Assembly: GCA_040260805.1 (NCBI GenBank)
Contig: JBDQPD010000093.1
Location: 1-14,006 of the forward strand
Reading direction: 5' to 3'
Origin: Myxococcota bacterium
GTDB taxonomy: Bacteria; Myxococcota; UBA4151
DNA length: 14,006 nt
Both the position numbers and the translations under genes were made by a program. The number at the start of each line of letters is the position of its first letter. The first letter of the stretch is position 1. Below the pieces are notes generated by a model. The model did not search any database, was not told the DNA's origin, and saw nothing but the letters and a program-made list of their open reading frames with translations. Shown here piece by piece: positions 9,392 to 14,006 of this stretch.

Positions 9392-10233
9392 TTCGGAGCG
9401 CTCAGATCGGTGATGATGTATTGTCTGGCTTCCCAGATTTCGGGGAAGGCTCGCTTGCTCAGTGTCCGGCTGAGGTATTCGACGCCGTGCGTACCGCCGG
9501 TACCTCGCGTGATACCGATGATGCGCTCGACCATGGAGACGTGCCGATAGCGCCAAAGCGAGAGCTTTTGGTCCACGTCGAGGAGCGACTCAAGGATCGT
9601 GTAGACGTGGTAGCGCTCATCGAGTTGGCGATACACGGCGCCGAGCGCTCGGGCTAAATCTTCATTGAGTTCCCAAGCCTCTTCGACTTCTCGGTTAAGC
9701 ACTTCAGCTGGCACGGCGATCCCGACGCGCGCAAGGTAAGCTACGACACGGTCCCACAGGCTCGGCTTATCGATCGCGGCTTTCATCGCGGCAAACCCGA
9801 CGGGGTTCGTCTCGTGGTACCTGAGGTAGACTTTATCGCGAATACCCAAGCTGTATTCAGCCACTCGAAACTGGTGCGACTGAAAGCCGCTCGCTGGATT
9901 CAAGTGGGCGCGAAACCGATCGAACTCGATCGGCGTCATGGTCTCGAGGATATCGACCTGATGCACCAAGACGTCGAGAATCCGACTCACTCTTTTGAGG
10001 CTTTTGACAAAGGGTAGAGGTTTATCGTTGTCGATGAAGTCGATCATGCCGCCGACCTCGTGGAGGATCTGCTTGAACCAGAGCTCGTAGACTTGGTGAA
10101 TGATGATAAACAACATCTCGTCGTGTTGCTCAGGGTCGCTCTGCTGCTCCTGCAAGCTGAGCAGCTCATGGACCTTTAGATACGAATCGTAGGTCAGGTG
10201 CGACACCTTAGGGACTAATGCGTCATCGGTCAT
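9388..10233 (-). CDS. kynA: Tryptophan 2,3-dioxygenase
   Basis: 281 aa from ATG 10233, with a GGAGG SD 8 nt upstream. Motifs TYDSYL, HDEMLFIIIHQVYELWFK, FR..L.PASGFQS.QFR, WRYRH...VERIIG..RGTGGT.GV.YL and FPEIW. Confidence 0.95.
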   Translation of the reverse strand: MTDDALVPKVSHLTYDSYLKVHELLSLQEQQSDPEQHDEMLFIIIHQVYELWFKQILHEVGGMIDFIDNDKPLPFVKSLKRVSRILDVLVHQVDILETMTPIEFDRFRAHLNPASGFQSHQFRVAEYSLGIRDKVYLRYHETNPVGFAAMKAAIDKPSLWDRVVAYLARVGIAVPAEVLNREVEEAWELNEDLARALGAVYRQLDERYHVYTILESLLDVDQKLSLWRYRHVSMVERIIGITRGTGGTHGVEYLSRTLSKRAFPEIWEARQYIITDLSAPK

Positions 10234-10415
10234 GATCCATGCCTCCCGGGGGAGTTGCCTTCGCGCAAAGCCGCGTCGCTGCAAACCTCAGTCCTTGAGA
10301 GAACCTCAAAAATCATGGGGCGCGGCTTGGCCTATGGTCGTGCTGGCCTCTTTGCACTAGGCTGCGCTGGCGTCGAAGTGACCGAAGCTAAACCGCTACC
10401 AATCGATGGTGAAGT

Positions 10416-10979
10416 ATGAACGATGGTGAGATCGAGATGACGGAGAAGCGACCGGTCGCCCGCACATCGGTTCGTGAAGAAGGGCTTTTGGTCCAAGAGT
10501 GGTCGGATATCTGTTCGGTTTTAGCTGAGCCGGGTGGCTCATGGGAGGGGCGTTTCGCGCGCATCTCTGAGCGCATGGACGGGATCGATCTGGAGCTGTT
10601 ACCGCAGCATCTGAAGTGCCCGGTCGCCGAGTGCTATCGCCGGACGGTGATCGGCGCGTTGCACACCAAAACCGAGCCTGGCTTCGAGGCGGTGTTGTCG
10701 CATTGGCGCCTGCGCTGCACCACCCCGGTTCATGGTCACCCGCCGGTCTTGATGTATCGCGCATTGAGTGGCCTGTATCGCATGACGATGCATCGTCTAA
10801 ATAACGGAATTCCTGAGCCGGTGGAGGATCGAATGATCCGAGCAGGGGATTGGTTTTATCACGTCGGCGAGGGCGATGGGTATGACCATTTTATCCATTC
10901 GATTGAATGCATTGAAGAGGGCTGGACGCTCAATTTGTATTCGGATGATGCGCAAAAAGGCATTAAGTACACAGCCTAG
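10416..10979 (+). CDS. Cupin protein, distant cysteine/thiol dioxygenase (CDO type I)-like; function uncertain (alternative start ATG 10437)
   Basis: The pattern YRRT..FEAVLSHW....TPVHGH.....ALSG...HFIHSI....WTLNLYS parallels CDO YTRN..FNLMILCW....SSIHDH.....LLQG...LHRV....VSLHLYS. The 3-His metal site appears intact. Confidence 0.65.
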   Translation: MNDGEIEMTEKRPVARTSVREEGLLVQEWSDICSVLAEPGGSWEGRFARISERMDGIDLELLPQHLKCPVAECYRRTVIGALHTKTEPGFEAVLSHWRLRCTTPVHGHPPVLMYRALSGLYRMTMHRLNNGIPEPVEDRMIRAGDWFYHVGEGDGYDHFIHSIECIEEGWTLNLYSDDAQKGIKYTA

Positions 10980-11014
10980 ATCTCTTAGTGGTTTCATGAC
11001 TGCTCAATGGCCGG

Positions 11015-11032
11015 CTGTCACGCGGTCGTCAC
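11015..11032 (+). promoter_or_regulatory. Pho-box-like direct repeat CTGTCAC-gcgg-TCGTCAC (11-bp period)
   Basis: Two GTCAC units exactly 11 bp apart, about 35 nt upstream of the phoB-like start. This resembles the PhoB consensus CTGTCAT-N4-CTGTCA(C/T). Confidence 0.65.
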
Positions 11033-11066
11033 AGGACTCAGGCAGTCACTCGACGCAGGAGAAGTC

Positions 11067-11774
11067 ATGAAAAAGACAGTGCTTGTGGTCGAAGATGAGC
11101 CGGATCTGGCGCAGATCGTCGCTTACAACTTGGCGCGTGAGGGCTATCGCACCGTGACCGCCTCCAGCGGTGAGAAGGCGCTTGAGGTGCTCTCCGAGAG
11201 CCCGCACCCTGATCTGGTGCTCCTTGATCTGATGCTCCCCGGTATGAGTGGTACTGAAGTGTGCCAAGCGATGCGCGCCGATGCCGACCTCGAACGGATT
11301 CCTGTGATCATGTTGACGGCACGAGGCGATGAAATTGATCGGGTGGTCGGTTTTGAGGTCGGCGCCGATGATTATGTGACCAAGCCGTTTTCGGTGCGCG
11401 AATTGATGTTGCGTGTGCGCGCCCATCTGAGACGACAAGACGGTACAACGGGAGCCACCGAAGCCGATGCCCAAGAGCACTTTGGCGTGTTGCAAATTGA
11501 TCGCTCGGCGCATCGTATTTTTGTTGAAGAACAAGAGATTATTTTGACGGCTCTGGAGTTTCGTTTGCTCGATACCTTTTTGCAGCGTCGCGGTCGGGTT
11601 CAAACCCGTGAGCGGCTGTTGAGCGATGTGTGGGGTATCGATGCTGATGTCACGACCCGAACCGTAGATACCCACGTCAAACGTCTGCGTCAGAAGATCG
11701 GTGCAGCGAGTGCCTACATCGAGACCCTGCGTGGCGTCGGTTATCGTTTTGTGTCGGAGTTACCCAAAGCGTGA
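11067..11774 (+). CDS. phoB: OmpR/PhoB-family response regulator (PhoB/PhoP-like)
   Basis: Start ATG 11067 after SD AGGAG. Receiver domain VLVVEDE, DLVLLDLMLPG, IMLTA, GADDYVTKPFS; winged helix LT..EFRLL, RTVDTHVKRLRQK, IETLRGVGY. An upstream Pho-box-like repeat and a PhoR-like partner support the phoB call. Confidence 0.8.
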   Translation: MKKTVLVVEDEPDLAQIVAYNLAREGYRTVTASSGEKALEVLSESPHPDLVLLDLMLPGMSGTEVCQAMRADADLERIPVIMLTARGDEIDRVVGFEVGADDYVTKPFSVRELMLRVRAHLRRQDGTTGATEADAQEHFGVLQIDRSAHRIFVEEQEIILTALEFRLLDTFLQRRGRVQTRERLLSDVWGIDADVTTRTVDTHVKRLRQKIGAASAYIETLRGVGYRFVSELPKA

Positions 11775-13525
11775 GACTCAGTTTTCGTGGGCGACTCTTT
11801 AGCCTATTTCTATCGCTCTTCTTGGTGGTCGGACTTCTAGCCGGCCTCGTCCTTGAGCGAACGCTGAGTGATCGCATTGAGTCGGCGGTCGCCGATCAAC
11901 TGTGGAGTCTAACGGGTGTAGGGCGCGCCATGTTGGCTCAGCTGCCGAGTATTGATGACTCCTTTATCGTGGACCCTGTAGTTGATGCGTTGGCGCGAGA
12001 GTCTGGCTTCGTGGTGTTGGTCGTTAATGGTCAAGGTCGGCTTATCGGCGATAGCCGCTTGATTATACCGCAGATCAAAGACGCACCGTCATTTGTCGAT
12101 GAGCTGGAATTCAAAGAGGCGGTGACGCTCGGTCGAGGCGCGAACCAGCGTTCGTTATGGCCCTTCGAGGAGCGATTGATTCTGTCGGCTCGACCCTTTG
12201 TTGACGGTACCGGTCAAGGGGTCGTTATTGCCGCGTCGCCAAGGCGCCAAGTCGAATCCTTGCAAACCGATCTTCGGATGCGTTTGCTCGCGATTGGGCT
12301 GTTGTCCTTTGTTTTGTCAGCGATCTTCGCAGCGCTGGGTTCGCATTTGATCACGGGTCGACTTCGTAAGGTTGTGAGTCGACTTAAGGCGCACGGTGAA
12401 GACCATGAAGAAGAATTACCTGACCTTAATCGAACACCGGATGACCTCGAAGGATTGACCGCATCGGTGGATCTGCTTTTGGCGCAAGCCAATGATCTCG
12501 TCGATTCACTAGCGGGCGAGCGAGATCGGTTTGGTGCCGTCCTTCAGGCGATGGATGCTGGGGTGATGGTGCTTGATCCCCAGGGTAGCATCGAATTGAT
12601 GAATCGGCGCGCGCGAAAGATGCTCAAATTGCCCAAATCAGCGCTCGGTGGAACGATCGAGGAGCATGCTAATTTTCCCGCGCTAGAAGCATTGGCTGAT
12701 GTGAGTTCGACGGAGAGCTTGACCGAAGAAATTGAACGCATGGGTCCGCCGCTGCAAACGTTCTTGGTGAGCGCAGCGCCCGTTGCGGCTGGCGGTAAGG
12801 TCCTTGTTCTCAGGGATCTAACGCCTGTGCGTCGCGTAGAGCGGATGCGGCGCGACTTTGTCGCCAATGTATCGCATGAATTACGAACGCCTGTGGCGAT
12901 TATCCTCGCCCAATCAGAGACCTTATTGGATGGCGCGCTCGACGATCAAGAGATGGCGCAAAAGTTCCTGAACTCGATGCATCGGCAGGCCGAACGCGTG
13001 ACGCGCTTGATCAATGATTTGCTGGATCTCGCGCACATTGAAGCGGGGCAGCGGGAGCTTGAGCGCGAAGACGTCTCGATCGTAGCGGCAGCTCGGCGCG
13101 CTGTGGATGGTTTAGCGAGCAAAGCGAAGAAGCGAGATCTACGCTTAGAGATTGATGTGTCATCAGGACAAACCGCGTTTGTGAATGCGAGCGCGCTCGA
13201 GCAGGTGTTGGTCAACTTGCTTGAGAACGCGATCAAATACACCAATGAAGGCACCGCCATCGTTTTGAAGGCTCAACCCGACGGTAAGAAGCGATTACGT
13301 TTAGAGGTCTGGGATGAAGGCCCCGGCATTCCTACTGAACTGCAAAATCGAGTCTTTGAACGATTTTATCGAGTCGATAAAGGTCGGTCTAGAGACCTCG
13401 GCGGAACGGGTTTGGGCTTGGCGATTGTCAAGCATTTGGTCGGGCAAATGGGGGGAAGAGTAGGGGTCGATGCTCGAGAGCCTAATGGCGCGATCTTCTG
13501 GTTTACGGTTCGCCGGTCTCAATGA
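11771..13525 (+). CDS. phoR: Sensor histidine kinase, PhoR-like (2 TM, extracytoplasmic domain, degenerate HAMP, PAS, HisKA, HATPase)
   Basis: GTGA overlap with the regulator. H-box MRRDFVANVSHELRTP, N-box LVNLLENAIKY, DEGPGIP, RVFERFYRVDKGRSR and GGTGLGLAIVKH are PhoR-type motifs. Confidence 0.82.
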   Translation: MRLSFRGRLFSLFLSLFLVVGLLAGLVLERTLSDRIESAVADQLWSLTGVGRAMLAQLPSIDDSFIVDPVVDALARESGFVVLVVNGQGRLIGDSRLIIPQIKDAPSFVDELEFKEAVTLGRGANQRSLWPFEERLILSARPFVDGTGQGVVIAASPRRQVESLQTDLRMRLLAIGLLSFVLSAIFAALGSHLITGRLRKVVSRLKAHGEDHEEELPDLNRTPDDLEGLTASVDLLLAQANDLVDSLAGERDRFGAVLQAMDAGVMVLDPQGSIELMNRRARKMLKLPKSALGGTIEEHANFPALEALADVSSTESLTEEIERMGPPLQTFLVSAAPVAAGGKVLVLRDLTPVRRVERMRRDFVANVSHELRTPVAIILAQSETLLDGALDDQEMAQKFLNSMHRQAERVTRLINDLLDLAHIEAGQRELEREDVSIVAAARRAVDGLASKAKKRDLRLEIDVSSGQTAFVNASALEQVLVNLLENAIKYTNEGTAIVLKAQPDGKKRLRLEVWDEGPGIPTELQNRVFERFYRVDKGRSRDLGGTGLGLAIVKHLVGQMGGRVGVDAREPNGAIFWFTVRRSQ

Positions 13526-13646
13526 TCACCCCTTAGTCTCGTCAGTGTTGCCTACAGAAAAGTGGCTGCGTTTTTAACGTTTTTGAGCGCCGCTCAAGCG
13601 TACAGAACTGTTCGGCTAGGTCTTGACGCATCCGCGTGGATTGTGA

Positions 13647-13654
13647 GCCGATAA
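13647..13654 (+). promoter_or_regulatory. GCCGATAA, a perfect match to the sigma-28 (FliA/WhiG) -10 element; possible promoter of the PLD gene
   Basis: Exact 8-mer ending 22 nt upstream of ATG 13677. The canonical TAAA -35 is not present at the 15-nt spacing (GCAT instead). Confidence 0.35.
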
Positions 13655-13676
13655 GAGACCAGCGAAAGGATGGATC

Positions 13677-14006
13677 ATGCCACGCATACCGACGCGTCCC
13701 CCGGTGACGCCCAATACGCCGGTGAACCATGCGCCAGAAACCACGCCAAGTCGTAGTGCACCTACCGATGCCTTTGAAGCCAAAACCACACCGATCTTCG
13801 AGCCCTTCTTTACGCCCTATGAGCCGGCTCAAAAAGCCGAGCTTGCGGCGCTTGATACGCTCCTCGCTGCGCGCCGCGCAGACGAGTCGGCCTACCCCGA
13901 AGGGAAGAACCCTTATCGAATCGATTACGCGGTGTACAATCTGCGCAGCAAAGCGGTCATTAATCGATTGATTGATGCGGCTCAAAACGGCGTCGATGTT
14001 CGGGTG
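13677..14006 (+). CDS. Phospholipase D/nuclease superfamily protein (PLDc), N-terminal 110 aa; continues off the right edge
   Basis: Manual translation: MPRIPTRPPVTPNTPVNHAPETTPSRSAPTDAFEAKTTPIFEPFFTPYEPAQKAELAALDTLLAARRADESAYPEGKNPYRIDYAVYNLRSKAVINRLIDAAQNGVDVRV. FFTP...IDYAVYNL....INRLIDAAQNGVDVRV matches the PLD pre-HKD pattern. SD AAAGGA at 13665-13670. The HKD motif itself would lie beyond the window. Confidence 0.75.
   Translation, partial: MPRIPTRPPVTPNTPVNHAPETTPSRSAPTDAFEAKTTPIFEPFFTPYEPAQKAELAALDTLLAARRADESAYPEGKNPYRIDYAVYNLRSKAVINRLIDAAQNGVDVRV

Noticed and set aside
9392..9556. 55-aa N-terminal extension of the dehydrogenase in the ORF track
   Set aside because: It lies within the conserved C-terminus of kynA. 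ATG 9391 gives a normal ALDH length and an ATGA coupling.
10284..10308. AACCTCA direct repeat, 18 bp apart
   Set aside because: Only two short copies with no helical phasing; not distinguishable from chance.
10234..10415. Trp-rich attenuator peptide or sigma-54 promoter upstream of kynA or the cupin
   Set aside because: I saw no tandem-Trp leader ORF, and the TGGC...TGC pairs examined do not have the required GG-N10-GC spacing.
11007..11066. 20-aa N-terminal extension of the response regulator
   Set aside because: The SD precedes ATG 11067, the receiver domain starts there, and the extension covers the Pho-box-like repeat.
13634..13654. GTGGATTGTGAGCCGATAA resembles the lac operator region (GTGGAATTGTGAGCGGATAA)
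   Set aside because: It has one indel and one mismatch, lacks the right half (CAATT) and has no flanking vector sequence, so it is most likely coincidental.
13542..13985. 147-aa minus-strand ORF and 80-aa plus-strand ORF at 13729..13971
   Set aside because: Both overlap the PLD-like frame starting at 13677, which has an SD and family motifs.
1..14006. CRISPR arrays, tRNA/rRNA, IS elements, prophage or defence genes
   Set aside because: No spaced repeats, transposase or integrase motifs, or RNA-gene signatures were seen. All intergenic gaps are under 200 nt, and mazG is the housekeeping tandem-domain type.

Overview
Gene-dense bacterial chromosomal window. The gene content and protein style suggest a Gram-negative deltaproteobacterium or Myxococcota-like organism, but this is inference only. 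From left to right it holds: (i) the 5' end of a GT2 glycosyltransferase (-); (ii) a predicted lipoprotein-murA-murJ operon (+); (iii) mazG (-); (iv) a PgpH-like 7TM-HD phosphohydrolase whose tail is overlapped by ybeY (+); (v) a minus-strand tryptophan-catabolism operon with kynA, an aminomuconate-semialdehyde-type dehydrogenase and a RidA-type 2-aminomuconate deaminase, but none of the intermediate pathway genes; (vi) a divergent, altered cysteine-dioxygenase-like cupin; (vii) a PhoB/PhoR-like two-component pair with a Pho-box-like repeat upstream; (viii) the 5' end of a phospholipase D-superfamily gene with a Pro/Thr-rich leader and a GCCGATAA motif upstream. The GT2 and PLD genes run off the window edges and are absent from the ORF track. 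I found no RNA genes, mobile elements or CRISPR arrays. The best leads are the orphan cupin beside the partial kynurenine operon, the 59-131 nt dual-coding overlap between the HD gene and ybeY, and the effector-like PLD gene.
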